64,000 bases of DNA from Octopus sinensis (GCF_006345805.1 NC_043000.1:139996001-140060000), one strand, 5' to 3'; positions 13,605 to 26,678 are shown, counted from the first letter of the stretch. Notes: generated by a model not told the origin, from the letters alone. Numbers and translations are program-made.

Positions 13605-14379
13605 TTCAGAGTGTAAAACGATGTCTGTTGTTTTATATCCTGATTTTATGATTATACATGACTAGTCGTTTCCTGTAAAGAATATGTTGTTGATGAAAGA
13701 ATGTACCTTCACATTCCATTTATTTACAGTGAAGTAAGCTTCAGCAGAGATGTCTCTACCCACTCTTCCAGCAAACTGTTAATTGCTTGGTTATGTGACC
13801 TTATAAGCAAAGTAATCAATTTTAATGTGGTATCAACACATGCTCAAGCATAGTTGTGTGGTTAAAAGGACTGAAACCTGTAGTTTAGAGTTTGATTACA
13901 TTGTGTGGCACTTCTGATATCCTTAGCTATTATCCCTCATCTCTAAAGCAAAGTCAAATATTTTTGTTTTCTTTAAATATTTCTAATTCAATCGATGAAA
14001 TTATTTATAATTACTTCACTTTATCTCTCCTTCAAATTCAGTGAATAATTTCTAGATGTTTGTTTTTTCTTCTCTTTTCACAAGGGCAAATCTAATAAAC
14101 TAAGAATTTAACAGGTTCAGTAATCAGTACACTTCTGTTGACATTGTCACCAAAATTTACACCACAGGTCCTTTTGAGCTCTTTTCCTTTAGTGCATTTT
14201 TTAATTTAAAAATAACAATTACACTCGGCAAAAAATGCATCACTTGCTTTCCCCCTAATCTTAAATTGACTACATCATCATCATCATCATCATTTAGCGT
14301 CCGTTTTCCATGCTAGCATGGGTTATCTGTTAGTAAATGAGAACTCTCCTATATTGATGATTCAAAATCACTTGAACTC

Positions 14380-14609
14380 ATATTTCTTTATTGTCCACAA
14401 GGGGGCTAAACATAGAGGGGACAAAGAAGGACAGACAAAGGGATTAAGTCGATTACATCGACCCCAGTGTGTAACTGGTACTTAATTTATCGACCCTAAA
14501 AGGATGAAAGGCAAAGCCAACTTCAGCGGAATTTGAACTCAGAATGAAAAGACAGACGAAAAACTGGTAAGCATTTCGCCCGGTGTGTTAACATTTCTGC
14601 CACTTCAAG
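14380..14609 (-). mobile_element. SINE family B, 12-bp TSD
   Basis: Matches other B copies. TCACTTGAACTC at 14368-14379 and 14610-14621. Confidence 0.9.
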
Positions 14610-15227
14610 TCACTTGAACTCTACCCTTCTCATTTAGTTGCTAACAATTATCTTTGCTATGTTTTGTTCCTATCTCTGCAAGAAGTTTTACTAGACTAAA
14701 ATATTATCATGTAACTCCACACACTGACTTTGTTATCCCAATTCATAATACTAGTCCTTTTAGATATTTTCTCTCAGCTCTCTTTCCTCTGGGCCCACCA
14801 ACTTCTTTTTCTAACATTCAATCAAGATCCATCTTCTGCAGTTTATCTGTATTTTGCTACTCTATTGGTCATGTTGTTCTGAATGAACAAAGACATATAA
14901 ACTCCTGAGTGTCCTGGGAAAAGGCAATTTCATGAATGCTGGTATCATTGTAAAATTTGTATGAAGGTTAACAAATAAAGGAATGAAACAAATAGATCGG
15001 TTATATCTTGTTGAGAACATAACAACCTCTCCAATTCTAATTCCATTACAAAATTCCCCACTGCCCTGCAAAATAGTTTGCTTTAAAGAAGGCAATCACC
15101 CCTTTGTATTGAAAAGGGAGAATGGTACTGCACCTTGACCATGCTTAAGAAAGCAATAACACAAAATATAACTGATGCAAACTGTGATGACACATCCAAC
15201 TCTGCCCGCATAGAAAACATATATTAA

Positions 15228-15262
<35 letters not shown>

Positions 15263-15319
15263 CAAAACAACGATGATGGTAATGACAATGAAGAATGTTC
15301 ATTCAAGGATATTCAATAA

Positions 15320-15735
15320 TATATATATATACATATATATATGTATCCATACATGGATACAAATATTAAAATGTCTGCCTTATTTTTCATACTCTCTCAC
15401 ATTATACATACTGACACACACACTCACATACATCTATATACACATATATATACGAATACATACACACACACACATATATATATATACAAACACATACACA
15501 CACATATATATAGATATACAAACACATACACACACACACATATATATACAAACACATACACACACACATATATATATATACAAACACATACACACACACA
15601 TATATATATATACAAACACATACACACACACATATATATATATATACACACACACACGTGCACACACACACGTGCACACACACACATGTACACACCACAT
15701 GCACATCATACACACACACACACACATATATATAT
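15320..15735. repeat. Compound (TA)/(CA) microsatellite
   Basis: Direct reading. Confidence 0.9.
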
Positions 15736-16779
15736 GAATGAGGGTTAGATGCATCGGTGAACCACATGCATAACATCTTGCGGTATTTGGCGATGTTTAA
15801 GTTACATCCATTTAGGCCCAAGTTAACATTTCCCCAAGATCAATAAAATAAACACCACAGTGGAGACTACAAAATCGACTAAGTTCCCTTAAAGGTGGTA
15901 CACTGGTATAGCCTCAGTCTATATAGAATCAATAGGATTATGGAAGAGTTGTAGTGGCCATTTAAAATTGTGCATGCTGTTACAGAAATTTCTTCTTTTA
16001 TTTTGAGCAAATATCTTGCAGTATTTGTTCTGACACTTTGTGCGCTGAGTTCAAATCCTGTATAATGTATAACCTCAGTCTAATGGCAGAAACTAGTGAG
16101 AGAGTAAATTATGAATTAAAGGATGTAAAGTTCAACAATGCTGCAAAATATGAACAGAATACTCACAACATATCATGAGTTATGGCAATAAAATCTAAGA
16201 TAATACTGCACTACTGCTGCTGCTGCTAATAATGATGGTGATGATGATGAGGAGGAGGAGGAGAAGGAGGAGGGGAGGAGGAGGAAGAAAGGAGGAGGAT
16301 ACCGATGATGGTGGTGGTGGTGGTGGCGTGGAGGTGGTGGTGATTGTTTTCTTGACGAGGAGACAGTGTTGGTATTATTGATCTTTGTAACTAAAAGAAC
16401 CACACACACGAAAAATAAAAAAAAAAAAAAAAAAAACAAAAAGAAAACAGAAAAAAAAACAATGAAGTAAGAATAAAACGTCAACAAATAAATAATTTTA
16501 AAACTATTCAGTAATGTCCACCCCTATGGCTATAACTGTTACTGGAAGAGAGGTGGGACTGTCAATTTTGCTAATAGAGTGTTCAATAGGCAAATTAGAT
16601 ACACTTTATATTCCTTATATTGATTATGGGGTTCTTTTTATTTACTAATTCACTTTTCCAATTTATTATAGATCTGTCAAGAATTAATATATGCATTTCG
16701 GTTTTACACTCATGTACACAACTAATCGCACAAACGCAAATACACACACTCAGACATACATAGACTCATCTGCAGGAAT

Positions 16780-16834
16780 ATATATCTATGCGTCTGTGTG
16801 TGCGTATATACATACAAACTTATATAAATATATA

Positions 16835-16866
<32 letters not shown>

Positions 16867-17050
16867 TGTGTGTGTGTGTGTATGTATGTATATATATATA
16901 TATATATATAATATATATATATATATACATACATACATACATATATGTATATATACATGGATGTGTATAGATACACATATATATATATGTACATGAATGT
17001 GTATGTATATAGTCTATATATGAATGTATGTGTGTGTGTGCGTGTATATA

Positions 17051-17098
<48 letters not shown>

Positions 17099-17145
17099 TA
17101 TACATACATATACATTTATATATATATGCGAATACCTACATACAA

Positions 17146-17232
<87 letters not shown>

Positions 17233-17300
17233 TACATTGCCTAAATACATACATTGACACATACAATCGTACACACACATATATGCATACATAAATACAT
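16780..17300. repeat. Compound (TA)/(TG)/(GA) microsatellite
   Basis: Direct reading. Confidence 0.9.
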
Positions 17301-17601
17301 ATTTCTGAGTCTGTATGCTCATACACTTGTGTTGCCATGGGAATATAATTTTCTATTAAGTTCCACCTAACTCATCATTCATTTCGCAAATTTTTCATTT
17401 ATATTTTAAAACATAAACAGTATTATCAAATATATTAATATACTCACTCTAAAGCTTAACAACAAATAAAAAGAAACAAAACGTATGTCAAGTATCTTGT
17501 GTTACAACCTTCTACATACGCAAGCATATGCACAGATGAATACCTGCACACTCTACACAGATATATCCTTAGACTCACAGACAAACACACACGCACACAA
17601 A

Positions 17602-17810
17602 CATCACCATCATCGTTGAACGTCCGTTTTGCATACTGGTATGTGTTGGACAATTTTACAGGATCTAGGCAGCTGGGTAGCTGTCTAGACTGCAAATTGT
17701 CTGTTGTGGCATGCATGCCCTTCCTTACGTCAACCACTTTACAGAGGGTGTCGGGTGCTTTTTACGTGCCAGTGACTTCAGTGCATTTCACATGGCACTG
17801 ACACCTGTAA
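17602..17810 (-). mobile_element. RTE-type LINE 3' UTR fragment
   Basis: catcatcgttgaacgtccgtttt...cccttcctt...caaccact...ggtgctttttacgtgcca is homologous to 4050-4230. Confidence 0.8.
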
Positions 17811-17811
17811 A

Positions 17812-17848
<37 letters not shown>

Positions 17849-17873
17849 GTTACATATAATTAAATGAGATTTG

Positions 17874-18138
17874 TGGAGGCGCGTGGCTTAGTGGTTAGGG
17901 TGTCAGCCCCATGATCGTATGATTGTGGTTTTGATTCCTGGACTGGGCGACGCGTTGTGTTCTTGAGCAAAACACTTCATTTCACGTTGCTCCAGTCCAC
18001 TCAGCTGGCAAAAATGAGTAACGCTACGATGGACTGGCGTCCTGTCCAGCTGGGGAACACATACGCAATAGAAACTGGAAAACAGGGCCCATGAGCCTGG
18101 TTAGGCTTTAAAAGGGCGCATTTATTATTATTTTTTTT
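17874..18138 (+). mobile_element. tRNA-derived SINE, family C, 11-bp TSD
   Basis: A box TGGCTTAGTGG, degenerate B box, A/T-rich tail. AATGAGATTTG at 17863-17873 and 18139-18149. Confidence 0.92.
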
Positions 18139-18427
18139 AATGAGATTTGGGTAAAAACTTTGTACAATGCTATGCAAAGCTCATCTACTGTCATTGGTTA
18201 ATTGATATCATATTGCAGTGGAAATGCTCCTCCAACTGGATATACTTCGAGAATTCCATAGTATTTGTAGAGTTTATATAAACAGATAAATATTAGAAAA
18301 TGGAATAAATGACACTATTTAATATTGGATGTTGAAAAGCACTGAAATACTATGAAACAACAAGTAAAAGGGCCGATTTGATATCAGTCCTGGAAAACTC
18401 AATAAGGTATTGCTATCATATATAAAA

Positions 18428-18503
<76 letters not shown>

Positions 18504-18554
18504 TATATATATATTATATATATATATATGTATGTATGTATATAGTTAATCCAA

Positions 18555-18745
18555 ATATGAACAAAGAGAAAACACAACAACGCGAGGACGTGGAACAAAT
18601 ATAGTGTTATTGGACGCTCAGGAAAGGAAAGAAAGAAGGAGGATTTAACGTTTCGGGAAGAGCTCTTCATCAAAGGCATAGAAAAAGGAAGGGTCCAAGG
18701 AAGGGAAGACGGAGAAAGAAAATCACCAACGATACACACACGGTC
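18555..18745 (-). mobile_element. Short PLE-type repeat with degenerate hammerhead
   Basis: Sits between (TA)n tracts. Minus 18677-18643 reads TTGATGA-A-GAG...CCC-GAAAC-GTT. A related copy at 22290-22425 lacks this part. Confidence 0.6.
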
Positions 18746-18747
18746 AC

Positions 18748-18800
<53 letters not shown>

Positions 18801-18801
<1 letters not shown>

Positions 18802-19260
18802 TAGCTGGCCCCGTGCCATCAAAAATTACAACTAATTATAGTATTTTATACATAAATAAGGTACAAAATCAAGTTTTTAGTGAAAAATCTATCCGCAACT
18901 AACATCCCTTGACTGCGGGTGTTCTTCAAAAGAATTTTAAAGTTTTCCTTCCTTCTTGTACAGCTTAAGGCCACATAAAGCTGGCCATAACTAAATATTA
19001 TATTTCTTTATTCGAATTATATTTCTTTATAATATATTATATATATTTCTGTTGTGGTGTGCATGCTTTCTACAGCTGGATTCCCTTCCTTAAATCAACC
19101 ACTTTACAGAGGGTGTCGGGTGCTTTTTACGTGCTTAATATATATTAATATATATTAATATATATTTCTAAATAGAGGAGCTGGCAAGTAAATACTGACT
19201 ATTTCAAAGCTGCGTTTCCTTTCAATTGTGCTCTCCATTACTGAAACTAACCTAAGCTCA
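18801..19260 (-). mobile_element. Helitron Pif1-like helicase C-terminus with 3' terminus, interrupted
   Basis: Joined pieces read SFEIVSIYLPAPLFSYGQLYVALSCTRRKENFKILLKN...FTKNLI (Helitron motif GIYLP.PVFSHGQLYVALSR). The end has a TGGC-acggg-GCCA hairpin, then CTAG|T at 18801. Confidence 0.9.
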
Positions 19261-20414
19261 TACAACTTAAAGCCACAAAATGCAATCTGTAACTTATAGT
19301 TGGTGTTGTAAAAACTCTCTCTCCAAAATTTATTACATAAATTTCTTAATATAAATGAATTTGGCACATGTATGAACTGTTAAATTTATATTTATAATAT
19401 CCTTTTCAACTGCACTTGTTATATATTCGTTGAAAGAACACTGGGTAAAGATTTCTTGATATAAGTAAATTAGGGACATATATAAACTGTTAAATTAAGA
19501 TGTGTATTTATAATATACCTTTCAACTACATTCGTTTTATATTCTTGATACACTCAGGCAATAATTATTTTCTCTAATGAGTTTGTATATGTTTATGTTT
19601 GAGTAGGTGTGTGTGATTGTAATAATTATCTTTAATAAAACAGATAAAATATGGATGGTAAATCAAATTAAGACGCTTGTCAATGTTATCTCATGGTTGT
19701 CTTTTGGGATGACATCAATCATCGTTTGTTTCTGAAAGAACACTGAATAACACATACTTTCACATACCTTGTAGACGATAAACTGAAACAAATTATTTTT
19801 ATATGTCACAGCAGGCAACCAATGTTGCTGGTTATGTGAATAAGAATACAAGATTTAAGGGTTAACATAAACCTCCTTGCAACAATGTAAAGCTCCATTT
19901 AATCAAGATACATTTGGCCTGATGAGTAGCCTGCGGTATATATCTTATTTGTATATTTACCACTTCCAAGATGTTCTGCTCACTATGAATCATATGTAGC
20001 CTGGATCTTAACCACTCCATTCTTTAAGTCTTATACACACACGCAAATGCCTATATCTCTATTTATATATACGCGCACATATGTATTTTACTATTATTCT
20101 TACTATTTCAATTGTTTTAACAGGAATATAATAAGAATGTTAGTAAGAAGTATATACACATGAGTGTATGTCTGTGTGTGTGTATAGCTATAAAAATAAT
20201 ATACACTACCTCGTAAGGTGGTATATGAAAAAATTTGTATAGTGGGGTGGGGATAAGGAAACCTACTAACTTAAGCATATGAAAACTAGACAGTAATAAA
20301 CTAACTTTAAATAGATGCTGCTTTGAGAGTAAATTACCACCTATTACCCACTGTCTTTGTCATGAAAAACAGAGAGGAATTCAAATCCTTCATAGAAAAC
20401 AGAAATATTGATAA

Positions 20415-20649
20415 TTAAGACGGCGCGATGACAGAAACGTTAGCACGCTGGGCAAAATGCTTAGAGGTATTTCGTCTGCCGTTACGTTTTGAGTTCAAAT
20501 TCCACCGAGGTTGACTTTGCCTTTCATCCTTTCGAGGTCGATAAATTAAGTACCTGTCACGCACTGGGGTCGATGTAATCGACTTAATCCCTTTGTCTGT
20601 CCTTGTTTGTCCCCTCTATGTTTAGCCCCTTGTGGGCAATAAAGAAATA
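20415..20649 (+). mobile_element. SINE family B, 14-bp TSD
   Basis: B-box-like GAGTTCAAATTCC. AGAAATATTGATAA at 20401-20414 and 20650-20663. Confidence 0.92.
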
Positions 20650-21179
20650 AGAAATATTGATAAGCACTGAAATAGTCCTTTTTCACCTCTGTATCACTTT
20701 ATTATCTCAACATGTTTAGTTTTCTCCTTCGTTTTCTTCTTGATCCTATTTTACATTTTCTTCCTTATAATCTAGTCATGAAGATAGAATTGTAATTTAT
20801 AGACACCTTGATCCTTTTTCTGTCTATTTCTTTATTTCCACATTTTCCAATTTGGTTATAATCGTATTTTGTCTGTCACTGTATCTATGGGTTTAGTTTC
20901 ATCTGTAAACGGCTGAAAATGACACATCGTTTTAGGTATATATTTTCACATGAGTGAAGTGATAGGATTCAACAAAGGACTTATTTAAACAATCGTGCGA
21001 AGAGGTAAATTTTACATCTTTGGGTTTATGATAATGATTAGACACCTCCCCAATGTACTACAAGCGTAAAAATGCGTTGAAACAATCGTAGTTATTTTAA
21101 ATAAAGAATGTAGTTCATTTCAATTTCTATCATTTACCTATATTTACACATTACGTATGTAGATATATGTATATCTCTT

Positions 21180-21542
21180 TTACTCTTTACCCTTTTACTT
21201 GTTTCAGTCATTTGACTGCGGCCATGCTGGAGCACCGCCTTTAGTCGAGCAAATCCACCCCGGGACTTATTCTTTGTTAGCCCAGAACTTATTCTATCGG
21301 CTAAGTTACGGGACGTAAACACCAGCATCAGTTGTCAAACAATGCTAGGGGGACAAACACAGACGCACAAACACACACACATATATATACATATATACGA
21401 CAGGCTTCTTTCAGTTTCCGTCTACCAAATCCACTCACAAGGCATTGGTCGGCCCGGGGCTATAGCAGAAGACACTTGCCCAAGATGCCACGCAGTGGGA
21501 CTGAACCCGGAACAAGCTACTTACCACACAGCCACTCCTGCG
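21180..21542 (-). mobile_element. SINE family A (internal deletions)
   Basis: Reverse complement of family A head and tail. Confidence 0.88.
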
Positions 21543-21604
21543 CCTATCTGTATGTATGTGAGAGAATATGAATATATTAATTCAGTCATTCGATTTTCAG
21601 TGTA

Positions 21605-22085
21605 CCTTGTAGCACTTGAGGCGACAACAAGATCATTCCTCCTTCTAACAACGAAAGCGTCCGTGACAGTTTGATCTCTTGTTAACCCACTTCTTTTAAG
21701 ATCTTTTGTTATTGTTCTCCACCACATTTCCTTTGGTCGGCCACTTCTTCTTTTACATTGTGTAACCCATTGCAAGCGATCCTGACAATTGAGTTCGGTT
21801 CATAGCGACAAACTCGACCCAGCCATTTCCTTCTCCTTGCTTCAATAGTTTCTCTTACTGGTTTCACGTTAGCCTCGGTATATAATTGGCTATTCGAGAT
21901 CATCTTCATAATATTTCGTAAACTTTTATCTTGAAACACCTCCAATTTGTTTTCAAGACATTTGGTTGTTTTCCAACATTCGGATCCTTAGAGGAGGATG
22001 CTAAGTATATTGCTATTGTAAAATCGCATTTTGGTGCTCTTGCTGAGTACTGAAGATTTCCATATTGAGTTTAACATACCGAATG
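21605..22085 (-). mobile_element. RTE-clade LINE ORF C-terminal fragment (different subfamily)
   Basis: Minus frames: KTKMRFYNSNILSILL*GSECWK, EVFQDKSLRNI...RRRKWLGRV, KRRSGRPKEMWWRT. Confidence 0.88.
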
Positions 22086-22137
22086 ATTGGTTGGCTTTGA
22101 GATTCTTGTATTTATTTCATGGATGCAGTCTCCATCC

Positions 22138-22139
<2 letters not shown>

Positions 22140-22170
<31 letters not shown>

Positions 22171-22290
22171 TGTATGTATGTATGTATGTATGTATGTATG
22201 TATGTATGTATGTATGTATGTATGTATGTATGTATGTATGTATGTGTGCGTGTATGTATGTATGTGTGTATATATATGTATGTATCTATT
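22140..22290. repeat. (TATG)n microsatellite
   Basis: Direct reading. Confidence 0.95.
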
Positions 22291-22456
22291 AGAATAAATA
22301 AACAATCCAAATAAACGAACAAAAACAGACAACATGAGGACGTACATAAGAGATGTATTAACTAGGGTCATGGTGAAAGGGAAAAGTTCAAATAAGGAAA
22401 AGTAATCACCAATAGCACACATGTAGTCACAGCTGAAGTACTCAGAAGTAGAAATG

Positions 22457-22491
<35 letters not shown>

Positions 22492-22528
22492 ATGTATATA
22501 TATATATATTATATATATATATATATAT

Positions 22529-22561
<33 letters not shown>

Positions 22562-22773
22562 GTATGTATATAAAATTTGCTGACAGGAAATGTTTTGAAT
22601 ATGCAAATAAAACTCCTAGTCTATTATGTTGGCCACAGTGTAATGATTGTGACTAGTAAACTTGTTTCTTTTTTGTGGTTGCATGATGTTGTATCGATAT
22701 AATATAGGATAAGCATAGTATTAATAACAATAATCCATCGATGGAATTTATGAACATTTAATAGGTCTATCCA

Positions 22774-23146
22774 TACGCCTATCCACAAATCACGTGTCAG
22801 TTAAGATGATAGTCCGTACTCTTAGAATGGTTACAGTGTAGTCCGTAGTATCCGTAGTCATCTGGTAGATCATCTTCATGATTTCATTTCTTCAGGGGAT
22901 ATAACAATAATGGATGATTACCTGAAGGTTGTCTTCCTCATGGGTCAAAAGGGATTAAACATCCCACAGTTAAACATCCCACAGTTAAACATCCCACAGT
23001 TAAACATCCATTAATGTTATATCGCCTGAAGAAATGAATCCACGATGATCTACCCGATGCCCACAGATACTACGGACTACATTGTAATCATTCCAGGAGT
23101 AATAACTGGGAACTTAAGAGACTCGTAATTTGTAGAAACGCGCGTA
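22774..23146. mobile_element. Fold-back/MITE-like element with about 140-bp imperfect inverted arms
   Basis: 22774-22916 is the imperfect reverse complement of 23005-23146. The spacer carries TTAAACATCCCACAG three times (22955-22999). Confidence 0.75.
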
Positions 23147-23749
23147 ACGATGCAATATATCAGGTTGAGTAAAAAGCATGCAACGTTTTCAACCATGAAG
23201 AATTTGCAACGGTTGTGCAAATATGAAATCGCCACTTCTCCGTAACCAGACCGATCTATTTCTCGAAAATATTGTAACTTGCGTGAAAAGTGGGTTCTGT
23301 AGAATAATTAAAAACGTTCTTCGCACTGGTGGATGAAATTTCTTTATTTGTATAAGGCTAACATTGGTTTCATGTTGAAAAAATATTTTAATATCTGAAC
23401 AGTTTTTCAAGCCGATCAAATGGAGAAATAGTTTTCGTCTCCATTTACGATAAAATCATTAAATCTTGTTAAATCCACGGATATCCTCGTGTAGAAAATA
23501 ATGGAGGACATCTTTTGAGTGGTTATCGCCTATGGATTTGGCGTTTGGGGAAACAGTCATGTTGGATGGTAAATTTATATGCATTGTCTTATATTATATT
23601 CTCGGAGTATGAGATTTACGAATGCTCGTGTGCTGAAGAAGTCAGTCATGGGGGAATATTTCCTCTCCGTGTGGAGTTCACGTGTTGTTTATATTCAAAT
23701 TTCACGTTAACGAATGAGGCTATTCTTGTGGGATTAGCAGTGCAGGTGG

Positions 23750-24155
23750 TCATTCTTGTTTGAAGTGCCTAAATGTAAAGAAGTAGGTGTGTATACTGAG
23801 AGAGATTTAATCCCAAGTATTTAAGATGTCATCTGTTGGCTGTATGATATTTAATTTTTCAGTGATACAGAGTTCACATTTGGTACCCCGTTGTCTGTAT
23901 CTTCTGGCTTTAGCAATGATGTTTCATTTTATCTGGGTTACTTATTCTACCTTCTTTCACTGTCCATATCATACTGGATAGGGATGCTGCGTGTCTTTTA
24001 TTTTTGTTTCTGAATGATGTAAGGTGTTGTGTGTACCTTTCCTTGAACGAGTTGCCCGTCATTCCGATATACGTCTTTGCTACTCCGTTGGAGTCCGTGA
24101 TTTTGGCCTTGTATATAAGTTCTCTTTCGAGACAGTTGTTGTTCAGAGGACAGTG
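23750..24155 (-). mobile_element. Penelope-like element GIY-YIG endonuclease fragment
   Basis: CPLNNNCLERELIYKAKITDSNGVAKTYIGMTGNSFKERYTQHLTSFRNK...LSSMIW, then KCELCITEKLNI. 5'-truncated at a (TA)n tract. Confidence 0.92.
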
Positions 24156-25254
24156 AATTGTATATATATATATATATATATGTGTGTGTATGTGTGTCAT
24201 TGATATTATGTTAAACTGTCGTATGGCCAAATTTGGCCAAATGCGTTGTTTTCAATACTTTTGCTTCCAATAACCAGATCTTTTGGTAAACTATCGCGAT
24301 TCTTCTGTTTCAGATGCCAAAATATCAAAACTTGTCAAAGTGAAGTATAAAGGATTTGCTATGGAATGGTGAAACTATTTTTTCGTTTTCTGACAGAGCA
24401 GTGTTTGGGATTTACGACTCTTATGCATAATAGAAACTATATATATACATATGTATGTACGTGTGTGTATGCGTATGTGTATACAGAGAGAGAGAGAGAG
24501 ATTTATACGTACATGTAGATAGACACTGATCTGTTGACATACGTTTATGAATGTATGTGTGCGTGTATGTGTATGTGTTTGCGTGCGTGTATGTGTGTGT
24601 GTCTGTTCGTGCAGTTGAGTGTATCGTTGGAATGAGTGCAGTAAATATGCCGGTGGAAGTGGAAAATTCAGCTTTTCAAACGGTCCTTAAAGACAGTCAG
24701 ATACGCAGACAGACAGACAGACATACACTTATACTAATTATATTAAAAGTATTTTAGAGTTACACACAAAATTATTTTTGCGAGAAGATAAAATGTAAGG
24801 CAAGGCACAGTAAAAATGAAAAGAAAAAAAATGACGTTTAGAGCGATAATATGCACAAAGACTTCTAAATAAAATTGATTCCAAGAGATGTTTGAAAATA
24901 AAATCAAACCAGAAACTTCAGTAATTTTGTATAATCAAGCTCCAGGGACTTTCCACTTCTGCTGGCCATATGTTTACAAAAGTCTATTATCACGTGATAA
25001 CTTCGTCAGTGAGACAAACGCAAGTACTTAAATGCTTGTTGAATGTGTATCAATTGCACTTTTACATCATTGCATTCATGTGTATATATGTATAGAAACA
25101 TATATATATATATGTATATATCTTTTTATCTTTTATTAAACTTTTATTAAACTTTTAATAATTTTGATATTTATATAAAAAAATAAATAAATAAATAAAT
25201 AAATTAATTAATTAATTAATAAAACAATATATAAATATAAAAATATACATACAT

Positions 25255-25288
<34 letters not shown>

Positions 25289-25455
25289 TTGAAAATACAT
25301 ATTTAAAATTTATAAGTTTAAATTATTTAAATAATTTTTAAATTTTTAAATTTTATATTTTTAAATTAATTTTATGTATTGGCTTATGTTTTTCACTGTT
25401 TGATTTGCCTAATAGTGGTTTTATCTCTAATTTAATATAATATTATATATATATA

Positions 25456-25527
<72 letters not shown>

Positions 25528-25530
<3 letters not shown>

Positions 25531-26678
25531 ACGTCCTGGTTTTGTTGTTATTATTATCATTATTCGTTTTACGTATTTTTGTATTCTTATTCGTGCTATC
25601 ATTATTGTTTTTACGTATTTTTGTATTTTTATTCGTGTAACATCGTCCGTTTTCCGTCCTTGTTTTGTATACATTCGAGGCTTTCTTCCAAGGAATCTAA
25701 TGCGCTTGGCTTAGATTTTCCTTTGGGGCTGGCCAGGTCGGAGCAATCTCAAGATTAATCAGCCGAAATTGCGAAGATGATCCGGTTCTTGACTGAAGAT
25801 TGAGGGCTTCGAATGTCCCGTCCGTGTTTTTTGTGTCGTCTTCTAAATGTCTCACGTTCTTGTCCCAGTTTGTATATTTTTTTACTTTTACATATGTACA
25901 TAAGCGGCTAGGTGCCCCTTTGTGACCCTATACGTAAGTATATATTCTCTAACACATGGTACGACTCTACAACACTGTCTCTCTCCCCCCTCTCCTACAT
26001 TTCCCTGCCTTCACACTTTGCACTCCACTTGATCTGTCTCTTTCTCCCTCTCTCTTCTCCTCCTCCCTTGTTCCTTGTTCCCCTTCTTTCTTTCTCTCTT
26101 CATCTGTCCTCCCTCTCCTACATTTCTCTGCCTCTCGTTCCTTGTTCCCCTCCTTTCTCTCTTCACCTGTCCCTCTTTTTCCTCCTCCTTCTTTCCCCCA
26201 CTTGACCAGCCAACGACGGCTGTCCTTTGGCGTCCAGCAGTCGTTGTGACAAGACACACTTGTTTGTCTCTCTGTGGCCTTAAGGCACTCTTCTAACGCC
26301 AAATCAAAACTTTACTCGTACTGTCGAAAAGACGCTTGTCCTTGACGTCCTGGTTTTGTTGTTATTATTATCATTATTCGTTTTACGTATTTTTGTATTT
26401 TTATTCGTGTAACATCGTCCGTTTTACGTCCTTGTTTTGTATACATTCGAGGCTTTCTTCCAAGGAATCTAATGCGCTTGGCTTAGATTTTCCTTTGGGG
26501 ATGCACAGGTCGGAGCAATCTCAAGATTAATCAGCCGAAATTGCAAAGATGATCCGGTTCTTGACTGAAGATTGAGGGCTTTTTTGATTGAGGGTGTTTT
26601 TTTGATTGAGGGTGTTTTTTGTGTCGTCTTCTAAATGTTTCACGTTCTTGTCCCAGTTTATATATTTTTTTACTTTTA
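25528..26678. repeat. Direct repeat pair of about 340-360 bp (25528-25890 and 26342-26678)
   Basis: Both start TTGACGTCCTGGTTTTG and end TCCCAGTTT.TATATTTTTTTACTTTTA. Each has its own private internal duplication. Confidence 0.85.

Noticed and set aside
15228-17338. Many overlapping HT/YI/CV-rich ORFs (also at 22 kb, 27 kb, 31.6 kb, 35.6 kb, 59.4 kb)
   Set aside because: Microsatellite translations.
17730-19134. Identical 40-mer shared by RTE fragments at about 17730 and 19095
   Set aside because: Explained by common subfamily sequence; the flanks differ, so there is no evidence of local duplication.
23113-23147. GAAACGCGCGTA half-motif at the end of the fold-back
   Set aside because: The upstream core reads CTTAAGA with no stem II, and the opposite arm lacks the motif.
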